NCBI RefSeq assembly: GCF_009914755.1
Contig: NC_060934.1
DNA length: 64,000 nucleotides
Reading direction: 5' to 3' (one strand)
Source of the DNA: the human T2T-CHM13v2.0 reference genome, Homo sapiens
In this document: positions 1-11,645 of the stretch, piece by piece
How positions within the stretch are numbered: position 1 is the first letter of the stretch
How the letters are laid out: the number at the start of each line of letters is the position of its first letter
The notes under the pieces: generated by a model
Told to the model about the DNA's origin: nothing
What the model saw: only the letters and a program-made list of their open reading frames with translations
Databases searched by the model: none
Translations under genes and position numbers: made by a program

Positions 1-1372
1 CAATGGCGTGATCTCCCATTTGAATATAAACACTTTCATATAGCATAATTGGGAAAAACTGGTCCAGAAAGTGACCAATTTGGGTCTTTATGAATTTGAA
101 TGATTCGTATAATTTGACATCTTAATAACTCAGGGTCCACAAATATCTAAATACTAAAGCTTAGTCACAGAAAAGATAATGGTTCGTTGTGTGGAATCCT
201 TCAGATTTAGACATGAGCAATAGCTGAGGTGTTTTTCTTAACCATGATCAATTTAAGAGATCCAAATTAAAATTATTCTGGCTAATTAAAAAAACATGTA
301 ATCATTGTGCCACTTTTCAGAGATAAAAATAACCTAAGGTATATCTACATGTATAAACTGAGGTATAATATCAGAACTTGTAACTTGAGTGATTTTGATA
401 ATCAAACTGGACAAATGTTACCCTACTTATTTTAGAAAAAACATCCCGGACACTTATTTAGGATTTTATTTTTTGAAAATTTTTTAAAATTAGATTTTAT
501 TATGACTTGGTGGGGTAGACCACAATTAAAGTGGGATACATTTTACATGTTTTGGCTCTACCATAAATTTTAGCATGACTTAAGAAAATAACAGAAATGC
601 ATACATGCCTGCATTCTGTAAGGACTGTGCTATCCTTTGGTTCAATGAAATTAGCATGGGAAGAGAGCAGTTCCATTTTTTTACCCTTTCATATATTCTA
701 TTAGAAATCATTTTTTCCAAACTAAGAAACTAACACAAGAATCCTATGTGGCTATCAATTGAAATCAGTACAGATTTCACTTCGGTTAGTTTAAAAAGCA
801 TTGCTACATTTTTAGATAAGCAGTGAAACTGAAATAAAAAGTTTCTCAGAGAAGATATTTCTAAATGAAGTTAGATCACGTCAGTGTGTTTAACTCACAG
901 TTTTATGTGGGCTTCAATTAGACATAGAATGTATAAACCTGCAGATGAGATTAACCATACACATAACTTTGAGTTACTTTTCTATGTAACTTCTTTGAAC
1001 ATAACTTCAGATTTTAAAAGTTGACATAGAATTTCCAAAGTTGTGAGCTTTCTAAACTGGTTGGGGAAAATTGTATTGAACTTTTATTCAAAAGTTATTT
1101 ATATTGAATATTTTACTTTATTTCAAAAGAATATTAGGTACTGCACTATACTGTATACAGGGTAGTATAATAAAATTAATAACTATAATAAAGAAATCAG
1201 GTAAAGTGAGAAGTTGTATTGTATTGTATTATGTGATCAGGATAAAAGCTAGGAAGCAAAACTGCTGTCAAATTTTCCTACATAAAGGTAGCTGAATATT
1301 ACAAGTTCAAATGTCAGGTCCAAATAACCAAAGCAAAGCAAAGCAAAACAAAACAAAACAAAAAAAAATATT

Positions 1373-1378
1373 TTTATT
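1373..1378 (-). terminator. Candidate minus-strand polyadenylation signal (AATAAA)
   Basis: The minus strand reads ...aagTGTAttttaTGTAttttcag...gaAATAAAaatattttttttgttttgttttgttttgctttg: UGUA elements upstream and a U/GU-rich element downstream. Confidence 0.45.
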
Positions 1379-1806
1379 TCATAACACAAAAGCTGAAAAT
1401 ACATAAAATACACTTAATATACTATTGTGTTAGTAACCTTGATGCAAATACATGACAGACAGTCAGAGAAAGCAATTACTTAAGAAATTGGAGTAAGGCA
1501 AAGAGAGATAAGTCCAACCAATCTGTCGAGGTATGCACACATCCAAACGTCTGGGCTGATTCGGAAATAAAATCAAGGATCAAGAACAATGATCTGAAAT
1601 GCCCTCAGAAGATTTTAGGATATAGTAAATAGTAAATGTATAAAATTCCCTGCTGCAATACAGTGTTGAAAGGTGAAGACTGTAACAAATATTACAGCAC
1701 ATAGTTCGCTGTTAAAAACAATAAACACTGGGTGTCCAAAACCAAAACCTAAAAACGAAATCGAAACCAAGCAGATGTGGAAGGAAAATGATGCTCTCAG
1801 ACTTAC

Positions 1807-1841
1807 AGCATTCTCCTGTATCCAGATATTCAGAGGAATAT
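1807..1841 (-). other. Candidate 35-nt exon
   Basis: Minus strand: ttttttgagttataccccAG|ATATTCC...GAATGCT|GTAAGT. Motif evidence only. Confidence 0.3.
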
Positions 1842-2239
1842 CTGGGGTATAACTCAAAAAAGAATTCAAGGTTATAGTTACTAATCAAATTCCTTAGTCT
1901 ACATATATTCTGTTTTTCAATTAGGGGAGAATCCTCCACTTAGCAATGTACATGTGATTTATACGGCTGTCCCATTAAATTAATTGTACCAATTGAGAAC
2001 AATTTACACAAATGTTTTACGGAACCATCATCGAAATTAATATGTCATGATATATATTACCTTTTGTTTTTCCCTACATACCTTCTCAAATTTCCCCACA
2101 TTCAGTTTGATAAGGACTTTGGCAGCAATCTACATTTAATTTTAAACTTGCAGAAAATTGGGTTCTAAACGTGTAAGTTATACGTCAGCAACAAAGCATT
2201 ATTTATGATTCTTAAGAAACAACTGTGACTTTGAGTCAC

Positions 2240-2425
2240 AAATCATAGAGCTATTGAAACTCCCAGCTGGAAGGAACCTTGGAGACAATCTAACCGTTTT
2301 ATTCATGAAGAAATAGCTAACTAGAGATCAAGAAATTGACAAATGGCTTTGCAGTTTAATAGTGAAGGCAGGATTAGAACTCGAGTCTCCTGACTCCAAA
2401 ATGAAAACTTCACCACTATCTTCCA
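2240..2425 (-). mobile_element. MIR-family SINE fragment
   Basis: Contains 'ctggaaggaaccttggaga' and 'gcaggattagaactcgagtctcctgactcc', typical of the MIR core and ends. Confidence 0.7.
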
Positions 2426-3204
2426 CTATGACTTTTGCTTCTCATAATATATAACAGATTAACAACAGAGACTTTTTTTTGTATTGTGGTCTGCTAGATA
2501 TGTGTTAAAAGGTTCTACTGAACTGAATATATTAACTCTAAAAAATGTTGGTTTTCTCTTATAGTAAGTTATCACAATGTTGATAGTGTTTTAATAACTG
2601 CAATATGTTTTTTGAATATTTGGATGGGAAAAAGACAAATTTTTTCTTCATACGGTAGAATCACATATTGATTTGGAATAACATACTCCTAAAGTCAAAA
2701 CCAAATTATTAGTACTTTTTTCCCCCGAATTTAGTTATTTAATATTTCAGGTAAATTTATAAAGGGATTGTGAAAGTATGGAATGTGGGAGTGTGGAATT
2801 TACAAAGAATAATTTCAGAAAAGCAATAGTGTAAAGTCACTAGCTAACGTGTTTTTCTCCCTTTATTGTTTAAAAAAAAGTTTCTAAACCTCAAATATTT
2901 CAATAACTTGTGTCCTAATCTTAAAAGTCCATCTTCTTACTGGAAGATTTGATGAACTAACTTCTGCTAAGTATAGATTCAGGTGTTTCCTTGTTTGTTC
3001 TGGTAATTTAGCTTTTAAAATTTATGTATTCTTGTAAAAAACTGTTTAAAATTCAAAAGTAAAAATAACAGAGAATAGTGGAAAATAATTTTTCCTTCTG
3101 CTGAGACCTCAAACTAATTATCCTCCTTGTATCAAACACTGATTTAGGTTTTTGATTATACTTTTAGAAATATTTTATGCACTTATAAGCATATGTATTC
3201 ATTT

Positions 3205-3267
3205 ATTTTATATATATACATACACATATATACTATATATATAATATATATACATACACACACACAC
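3205..3267. repeat. (TA)n/(CA)n microsatellite in place of the AluJ tail
   Basis: Directly visible, and abuts the 3' end of the minus-strand Alu. Confidence 0.85.
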
Positions 3268-3559
3268 TTGAGATAGGATCTTACTCTTTCTACAGGCTGG
3301 AGTGCAGTGGAGTGATCGTGGCTTACTAAAGCCTCAATCTCCTGGGTTCAAGTGATCCTCCATGTCAACCTCCCAAGTAGCTGGGACCACAGACATGCAC
3401 CAACATGAGTGGCTAATTTGTTTTTTTTGTTTGTTTGTTTGTTTGTTTTTTTAGAGATACAGGTCTTTCCCAGGGTGGTCTCAAACTCCTGAGCTCAACC
3501 AGTCCTCCCAACTCAGCCTTCCAAAGTGGTGGGATTACAGGCATGAGTCACCACACGTC
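3268..3559 (-). mobile_element. Alu SINE, old AluJ type
   Basis: Two arms with 'caggctggagtgcagtgg' and 'aaactcctgagctcaa', highly diverged, with a (TTTG)n linker. Confidence 0.95.
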
Positions 3560-5401
3560 TTATTTTATATGTTAAAGAAAGCATTCACTAATATTCTGTC
3601 CTTAATATTTATTGTACCAAAAGCCACTTTGGAAAGAAAAAAGTCTGATCTATCCTTTTTGGTAACAGATACTAAGTTTCTTTGTCATATTTTAACAAGT
3701 CTATATGTGCTCCTGATTACCTTGTATGTGCAAGGTAATGTAAGACATACAGAAAAAAATCAGGCACAGTGACCACCATAGAGAAGAACACTGACAAAAC
3801 CTGATATCGTTCTTAATTCTATTTCCAAAAGTATTACCAAAACACTGGTTTGATACTAGGAGACCCTCTGTTCTCACACATTTTCTTCTGACATTAAAAT
3901 AAAAATGCCATTTGGACAAAATTTACTAAATGTTTTGGGATTTAGCTACATGTTTCTAAAATTGTTGTTGCTTATTTTTTTTACTAGGTTTGTTGAAGAC
4001 TTAAAAACTAATTTTGATAATATTCATATGGCAAATAAGCAGTCTGATGTATTTCTCTCCTCCTTAATGCAAAGCTCCTCTAATAAAGCAATCTCTTTTA
4101 TTAAGCCCAAATTCAAAATCTTAGTTGATTCAGTTATGTATTCGCTATTTGTATGTTCATGAGAATCATACAGAAGCTTAGAAATGATATTATTATTATC
4201 TAGAGTAGACTGACTATAAAATATTAATTCCCTTACTCAAGTAAAGAATGTAGCCAAATAAATGCCACTCATACATTTTCATTGGCGATTGAAATCCCTA
4301 TTTCAGTGACTATTTCAGTGGCTATTCTTAAGGAGATTTGGAGAGAGGGCTTACACTACACTAACTTGTGGTTAGTGTTCTTATTAATGCCTAATATCAG
4401 AACTCTTTCTGAAGGGGAAAAACATTTTGATAAGTGTTGAAAAGTGTTCCATTAAAGTAAACAAACTTTAATAAGATGCAATTAAAGAGGTGCTGGAAAC
4501 GAGAGGTATTAACTTTACCTAAAACTAGTCCATTTTCTTAAATCAAAATGGTGTTTATGAGAATACTGACTCGTGGAAATTTAAATAATGTCTTGCTATA
4601 AAAAGTTTGAGAATAGTTAAACCCTGTTAGACTGGCTACTTTATTTCCATATTTGCAATTTAATTTAATAAAGCTATTTTGCACTGTATCCTCTATAATC
4701 AGGATTAGTATTTTCCAAACTAATTTAAGAATTATTTTGTTATTCTAGGGTGTCTTGTGGGATTAACGCTCCTAGAATGCACTTCCACACAGTGTTTTTA
4801 GCTACTAAAAACCTGGATTTTAGCTACAGTATCATGCCGTGGGCAAATAATGCATGGTACCCTGAGGGCTTCAACTGTGATTTTTATGGACCATCTCTCT
4901 TTGCCTAGGTCAATGACTAACAGGTATTTGAGAATTCTTCCAGTGAACCTAGGGGAGAAAATTGTTGGTTTACCCTTGCTCAGATACCACAGAGAGCCTT
5001 TTATTTTAAGAACCTTGGCACCTTTTGTAAATACAATTGGCAGTTGGAAGAATGAAGTGTATTAAATGTAAAGATTGTTTTCTAGCCACAGGGGTCTAGG
5101 CCAAGCCACTGGAAGGATTAGTATATCATATTTCTTCAGACATTTGCTTCAGTGTTTTATCATTCTCAGTCACTTGCTTTCCCAAAGCAGAAAGAACAGA
5201 AGGAGAAGTAATTAAATACAATTTCTTCCTCCTCTACAGGAAACCAAGATGACAATGGCAATTTGTTACCTTCTGGAAATAAAGGAGCAATTAAGGGAGA
5301 AATAAATCTTCAAGGATTTTCCTAAATCTTTAACTCGTTTTACAGCAGCCTATTACCAAGTGCTACTGTGTATATTGGCTTCATTTGGAACATTGTCTTA
5401 C

Positions 5402-5453
5402 CTATATTTGACACTTAATAACTTTGGTGATTAATTGATTGACTGAACAACCA
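5402..5453 (-). other. Candidate 52-nt non-coding exon in an L2-like fragment
   Basis: Minus strand: cttattactctttttgccAG|TGGTTG...AATATAG|GTAAGA. Stop codons in all three frames. Confidence 0.35.
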
Positions 5454-6753
5454 CTGGCAAAAAGAGTAATAAGACGTAAAAAGTAATCGTTGAGCACATT
5501 TTAAGACAACGTGATTAATGTTCTTTGTAGAAACTTAAGAGGATCCAACAGTCCACATTCATAGAAATATTGTAAGAAACAGATGAAATAAAGATTTATG
5601 AAAAGGCTAGTGTTTTCTGTATTCAGGCTCTTACTTAGTTACCTAGGTGTATGTAGTGTGTCCCTGCCTCATTGATGACATCAAAACTGCATTCTTGTAC
5701 TCAGTTCTGCTAATAAAACCTAAACTTGTTTTGCTCTGTCTGAAACTTGATCTTGGTCATCTATGTAGTATTCTCTAGTATTGATTATGCCTTTTTTGCT
5801 TATCTACCTTTCTTTCAATTAGAGTTCATGGTTAGAATATTACATCATATTAAAGATATTTTTTAAAATTAAATGAAATACATGTCAGAAATGCTTGGTT
5901 ATAAACACACAATTACATCACAGGTGATAAAACGGATAATGTTGGAACAATGTACATAAGTTATTTAATATTTGGGGTTTATATGTTGTGAAATTTAATC
6001 ACAAATAAGCATTTAATTATAATAACCTATATACTTTTTATTAAAACTTTATTTTTATATTGATATAAAGATGTAGAAATAATAGTAGCTATAACTCTTG
6101 CTGTTTCTTGGTATTTTCTGAGTATCCTTTTCATATTTGTACAAGCAAAGGACATTTAGACTGCAATTATTGCTAACTATATATTAGCACCAAACACTAC
6201 TATTTTTGAGAATACTTTATGAGAAGCTATCTTTTGTAGCCACCTTCCTAATCTTCTACTTCAATTACACTTTTAAAAAGGTGTACCAAACATCAAAATA
6301 TTTACATTTCACATCTCAGATGCAAAATTTTATCTTATTTTCTTTAAACCAAGATACTCAACGAGTAGACTAGAGATCCATGGGGCTGGTTGGCATCTTT
6401 TTGAGGAGTCTTCAAAGGCAAAACAATTTCTAAATATTAATAAGATTTTTTTTTACCCACTACCATTCTCTCATGAGTATATAGTCACAATTTTCTAAGG
6501 ATTTAGAATGTGTGAAGATTTCATATAATAAAACATTTTAATATATGAATACCTACATAACACAGTGACTAATATTTTCCAAATGACAGATGCATGATGT
6601 TACAAAGTCATTCAAGGTAAGAGATGCCATCAAATTACAAGATTGAAGCGTGCATTTTTGGAAACAATACAAAAAGTTTTTGTTAAGTGGTTTCAGATTT
6701 CTCATTGAAGCTACCTTTAAGAAACTACCACTTGATGAGATTTGGTATAGTAT

Positions 6754-7693
6754 TGTAGAGGTCAAGAAAAAACTTCCCTTTTGTTCTCCGAAAGTTTGCT
6801 GAAAATCACTGGCAAAAGGCAGATTAACAGGAGAAAAGGCCTACAAATTTATTAACATGTACCTGGGAGCCTTTAGAATGAAAATCTAAAGATACATGGG
6901 AAATTGTGCATTTTAATGATTGGGTTCGGCAAAGCGTAGACAGCCGTGTAAAAATATGATTAGACATAAAAAGCGTAATCAAATGTTAACAGACTGAGTG
7001 GGGAAACCCAGCAATACTTGCCTATCTAGATTCTTCTTGTCCTCTCTGAGCACGTATTGTGTCCCTCTGGGTATGGGACAGGACCTTTTGATAAGGGTTT
7101 TATGAACTACAGTCAAACAAAGAAGGTCAAATAATTTCTTTATGACCAGTTTTTACACAGAAAGGCAGAGGGAAAGTTAGAATAATATTTTTAAGTTTTA
7201 TGGCTGGCTATGGGGAAATGGAGTTGCCATTTCTATTACCTGCTTAGAGAAAGAGAGATTGTACTTTCTACTCTAGCTTAGGTGGACAATAGGACTGACA
7301 GGCAGGAGAGCAGGAGAAGGTCAGAGAAAAGTTTTGGCTTCTGAGGCAAAATATATATAGATAGATAGATAGATAGATTTTTTTTTTTTTTTTTTTTGAG
7401 ATGGAGTCCCACTCTGTCACCCGGGCTGGAGTGCAGTGGTGCGATCTCGGCTCACTGCAACTTCCGCCTTCATGTTCAAGTGATTCTCCTGCCTAAGCCT
7501 CCTGAGTAGCTGGGATTACAGAAGCTCGCCACCACACCAGGCTAATTTTTGTGTTTTTAATAGAGACGGGGTTTCATCATGTTGGCCAGGCTGGTCTCAA
7601 ACTCCTGACCTCAAGTGATCTGCCTTCCAAAGTGCTAGGATTACAGGCATGAGCCACTGCGCGTGGCCGGGGCATTGTTTTTGAGTCCCAACA
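6754..7693 (-). mobile_element. MER39-like ERV1 solo LTR, interrupted by an Alu
   Basis: TG...CA termini. The reverse complement begins 'tgttgggactcaaaaacaatgccc', like MER39. Contains 'aaggcagattaacaggagaaaagg'. Confidence 0.75.
7378..7668 (-). mobile_element. AluS (Sx/Sz-like) with (TAGA)n next to the tail
   Basis: Full dimeric Alu with poly-T, and a ~10-nt deletion near 'gatctgccttccaaag'. Confidence 0.97.
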
Positions 7694-8474
7694 GCACCTG
7701 AGAATAATATTTTCTGTTTGAAAAGGCTACTAAATACCCCTTTGTATTTCAACTATAAATCTTGGAAGGCTACATTTATTTCCCATAATCCAAGAAAAAG
7801 ACTTGTTGTAAAAGATTGAATGCAGAAGCAGATGTGAGAATCTAGGTGTCTTTCATTAAGGTAGATTTTTTCCCACTATTGTTTGGAAAATATTATTTTT
7901 TTCATTAAACTATGCTATTTATACTAATAAATAGCAGATCTAGTATTATCTTTAAATTAATTAATAAGTAGTTATGAAATTCACAATTTAAGTTTTCATC
8001 TAGTTAATATTGATATGTATAGCCCACATAAAGAAAAGTTCTTTGTGGTCCTAAATAACTCTTAAGAATGAAGAAAATATACTGTAACCAAAAAGGTCGA
8101 GAAATGCCACCTTAAAAAAAAGTCATCATGCAAATCAAGAAATTGGACACGTGCATATCCTTATTCTAATGTGGCTACTTCTCTTATATTTAATCCACAT
8201 GATTGTTTACATTCAAGCCTTTGTGGATTATTACTCTCTGTAAGGCTTCTGTGCATCTTCCTTTCAAAAAGAATTTTCAAAAATATACCTTTATCCTTTG
8301 TTAGTTTGTGTTGTAGGAATTCAGATTTCCAAAGTACTGAGAAATCTTCTAATTTTAAGCTCCACACATATTTATGTCCCTGGAAAGTATGCTTTTTAAT
8401 CTCATTCTTCGAGAAAATTATCTCTGCTTTCCTTATTACTTGGCTTCTGCATGCCTTGTTTTATGCATACTTTT

Positions 8475-8836
8475 TGATATGGTTTGGCTGTGTCCCCACC
8501 CAACTCTCATCTTGAATTGTAGCTGCCATAATCCCTATGTCTTATGGGAGGGACCCGGTGGGAGATAATTGAATTGTGGACGGTTCCCCCCCATACCGTT
8601 CTCATGACACTGAAAAAAATCTCACAAGATCTGATGAACTTATAAAGGGAAACCCTTTTGACTTGGTTCTCATTCTCTCTTGTCTGCTTCCATGTAAGAT
8701 GTGCCTTTTGCCTTCTGCCATGATGGTGAGGCCTCCCAAGCCACGTGTAACTGTGAGCTCATTAAACCTCTTTTTCTTTGTAAATTACCCAGTCTCGAGC
8801 ATGTCTTCATCAGCAGTGTAAAAATGGACCAATACA
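8475..8836 (+). mobile_element. THE1 (B/C-like) MaLR solo LTR
   Basis: Starts 'tgatatggtttggctgtgtccccaccc' and ends 'aatggaccaataca'. Near-TSD ctttt/cttct. Confidence 0.95.
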
Positions 8837-10221
8837 CTTCTTTAACCACTCATCAATCAAAAACTAAAGAAAATAATTTCAAGGAGGAACACAACTCAGA
8901 CTGTGTCTTTCTGAATAGCAATGTCTGCCTGATTCTCCCTTGGAGATGGCAGAAGACACTTAAAAGCATTTTTTTTTCCTGCTAGCTTCACAGCATCTGC
9001 AAATCACACAGTTGTTACTTTTTACCACCCAAGTCTTCTCCATAAATTTTAGAATCAATTGGCGAGAAGAAGGATCATAGGTAATAAGTTCTTTTATATG
9101 AATATTTGACCAGATGCCTTGGGATTCATAATACTTGATATTTAGTGCTTTGTGACTGCAAGTTAAGCCAAAATTTAATACAATCAAATAGATCATTCAA
9201 TTTAGGCAAAAAAATTTCAGATTTTTTTTGTGAATTTGATCACATGGGCTGTGTATTTCAAAACTGCTCCTCTGTAATTTTATATCAGCTAATGGAGACT
9301 TTATATAAACTGCTACCAACTATAAAGGCTCAAATTTAAAATGACACTAAAAAGTTAATGATTTTCTCCAAAATGAGTACAGAACAGAAAAACAAATCCT
9401 GTGAATAGAAATGACACTTATAAAGAAATATAGGAATAAAGCTAAATTAACTCACTAAAGAACTACTAAGGGTATTTGAAAAAGATAAAGAATATAAATA
9501 AAGAGGTTGAAAAAAAGTAATTTAACATGATTTTAGAGGTAAGAGAGGTTAAAAAAACTGGTAAGTCAAATTTAATAGTAAAATGTTAGCAAGTCCTTCA
9601 ACTAACAGTTTACTTGTGAATTGGTCAACATTGATGTTTGTTGTTGTTTGCTTCTTTTACTTCCAGAAAAACCAGGATGTAAATTAACAAATATTAAATA
9701 TTTTGAGCACTGAAGTCCTATTAGTTTTCAGTATTTTAGGATCAAAAGGCACTTCTACTATATTTAACTTGGAAACTCTATAGTTATCTTTTAATACCTG
9801 AGAAACCCGTGACCCATGAGCTCCAAAGTCAAAATGTGGATGCCTGGCTTTTACTCTTACTCATAGTTCATTGTTCTACATTTTACTAAAATTATACATT
9901 GGCATAAAGTTTTAGTAAATAAAAAATAAGCTGGTAGAAGAAATAAATGGACAAAAAGTGGCCAAATAAAGAGAATAGTGGTTTTTTTACAAAACTAAAC
10001 ATGCAACTATCATGCGTTCCAGCAATTGCACTTTTGAGAATTTACCTCATAGAATAATAAAACTTAAGTTCATGCTAAAACCTGTATATAGATGTTTATC
10101 GCAGCTTATTTCTAGTAGCCCAAATTGGTAACAATCCATACAAGTTAATGGTTACACAAGCTGTGCTACATCCCTACCATGGAGTACTATTCAACAATAC
10201 AAAGGAACATACTATTAATAC

Positions 10222-10738
10222 TGACAAACATTATCTTTTTGACCAACTCTAGCCAGGCTCCTTTGAGTTCTCTTTCAACTAGACCTAAACCTTGGCCTAT
10301 GAAGATTTGAGCAAAACAGTAACATAGTTTAGTTTCTAACAGCTAAAGTTACATCCCTAAAATGACCCTAACTCTCCTTAAATATCACCTGAGAAAACTG
10401 AAGGCTGAGAGACAGGGGCTAATATTAAAGACAAGTTCCCTGTCTCCCAGTCTCTGTTGGAGGACAGGAACATAACTTCCATTAGCAGCAGTTAACAGAC
10501 TAAGATGGGTTTCACATAGAATAACTCTCTTCTCCCACTGTTGTAATGTTTCACTTCCCTAACCCTACTGAGTCCCTCTTCCTTATTCTGTCATTCCCTC
10601 TTTAAAGTCCCAATCACCTGTCTATACAAATTGCATGTCAGTTCATGCTGAACTCTTTTTGATATTGCAATAGTAGCTTACTGATTAAAATCTATCCTTG
10701 CTACTTTAACTCATGTCAGGCTTTGTTTATCTTTGACA
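10222..10738 (+). mobile_element. MER31/MER67-like ERV1 solo LTR
   Basis: Starts 'tgacaaac...tgaccaactctagccaggctcc' and ends 'tctttgaca'. 4-bp near-TSD atac/atat. Confidence 0.8.
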
Positions 10739-10760
10739 ATATATCTAACAGTCTGGATCA

Positions 10761-11645
10761 TGAACAAAGCAGGAGCACTGTCATCTCAGACAAACACCGC
10801 CACTTTTAAGTTCCAGCTCCCTTTCTAGCCTCATGCATTTCAAGGAAATCACTTCTCTTCTGACTACAAGCAGACAGAAAGAGCAGAGAGTAAAACACAG
10901 ATAAGACAGCTGGGGCACAGAGGGAGGTTGGGGGAGAGTCTCTTGGGTAACTTCCAAACTTCACCCTCATACAATGGGCCCCAGTAAAACAGCGGGCCTT
11001 AATAAACACATGCCTTTCCCTTCAGATGCACTAAGATAGGGAAGCTAAAAGCAGACTCAGGGGATATGCCTGCAGCTGCAGGAAGATGTATGCAGACAGA
11101 CACATAACTCTCCCTCCCAGATAAGCACAACAAAGAGACACAGAAGCAGTCCAAGCCTCTGATAAACTCTCCCACCCTGAATCCTTAAAAACTCTTAATC
11201 TGGGCCGGGGCGTGGTGGCTCATGCCTATAATTTAGCACTTAGGGAGGCCAAGGCAGGCAGAATACGAGGTCAGGAGTTTGAGACCAGCCTGGCCAACAT
11301 GGTGAAACCCCGTCTCTACTAAAAATACAAAAAATTAGCCTGGCATGGTGTCGTGCGCCTGTAGTCCCAGCTACTCAGGAGCCTGAGGCAGAAGAATCAC
11401 TTGAACCAGGGAAGCCGAGATTGCATTTAATGGAGATTGCACCACTGCACTCCAGCCTGGGCAACAGAGTGAGATTTCGTCTCAAAAAAAAAAAAAAAAA
11501 AAAAAAACAAACTCTTAGTCTGTAAGAGAGTGTGGCTCTGACCTAACTCAGCCAGCTGCCCCCTCAGGTTTATTTAAAATAAGCCTGTCCCTGTTGACTG
11601 AAAACCCACCCTTCATGTTTCTCTCCTCTTTCTTTAATTTTTACA
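10761..11645 (+). mobile_element. LTR19-like ERV1 solo LTR, interrupted by an Alu
   Basis: TG...CA ends with a perfect GATCA TSD (10756-10760 and 11646-11650). Contains 'gcaggagcactgtcatctcagacaaacaccgccac'. Confidence 0.85.
11203..11508 (+). mobile_element. AluSg-like SINE
   Basis: Full Alu with poly-A and the 'acgaggtcaggagtt' diagnostic. TSD aaactctta(a/g)tctg at 11189-11202 and 11509-11522. Confidence 0.97.

Larger units (their letters stand above)
6348..8110 (+). mobile_element. Charlie1-family hAT DNA transposon, split by an LTR at 6754-7693
   Basis: Diagnostic 'gattgaatgcagaagcagatgtgagaatc' and 3' end 'cccacataaagaaaagttctttgtggtcc...accaaaaaggtcgagaaatgcc'. Confidence 0.8.

Noticed and set aside
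3751-3887. 137-nt minus-strand open exon candidate (also one starting at 4948)
   Set aside because: Donors are weak (TCT|GTATGT and AGG|GTACCA), the phases of the two are incompatible, and the peptides are unrecognisable.
4500-4795. Possible ancient hAT fragment (also a MER5-like piece at about 52860-53000)
   Set aside because: Too diverged to assign family or boundaries without a profile search.
5240-5330. Strong plus-strand acceptor followed by AATAAA
   Set aside because: No partner exon can be established, and such motifs are common in AT-rich DNA.
7378-11508. Oppositely oriented Alu pair as a dsRNA or editing substrate
   Set aside because: They are 3.5 kb apart, this arrangement is ubiquitous in primate genomes, and transcription is unproven.
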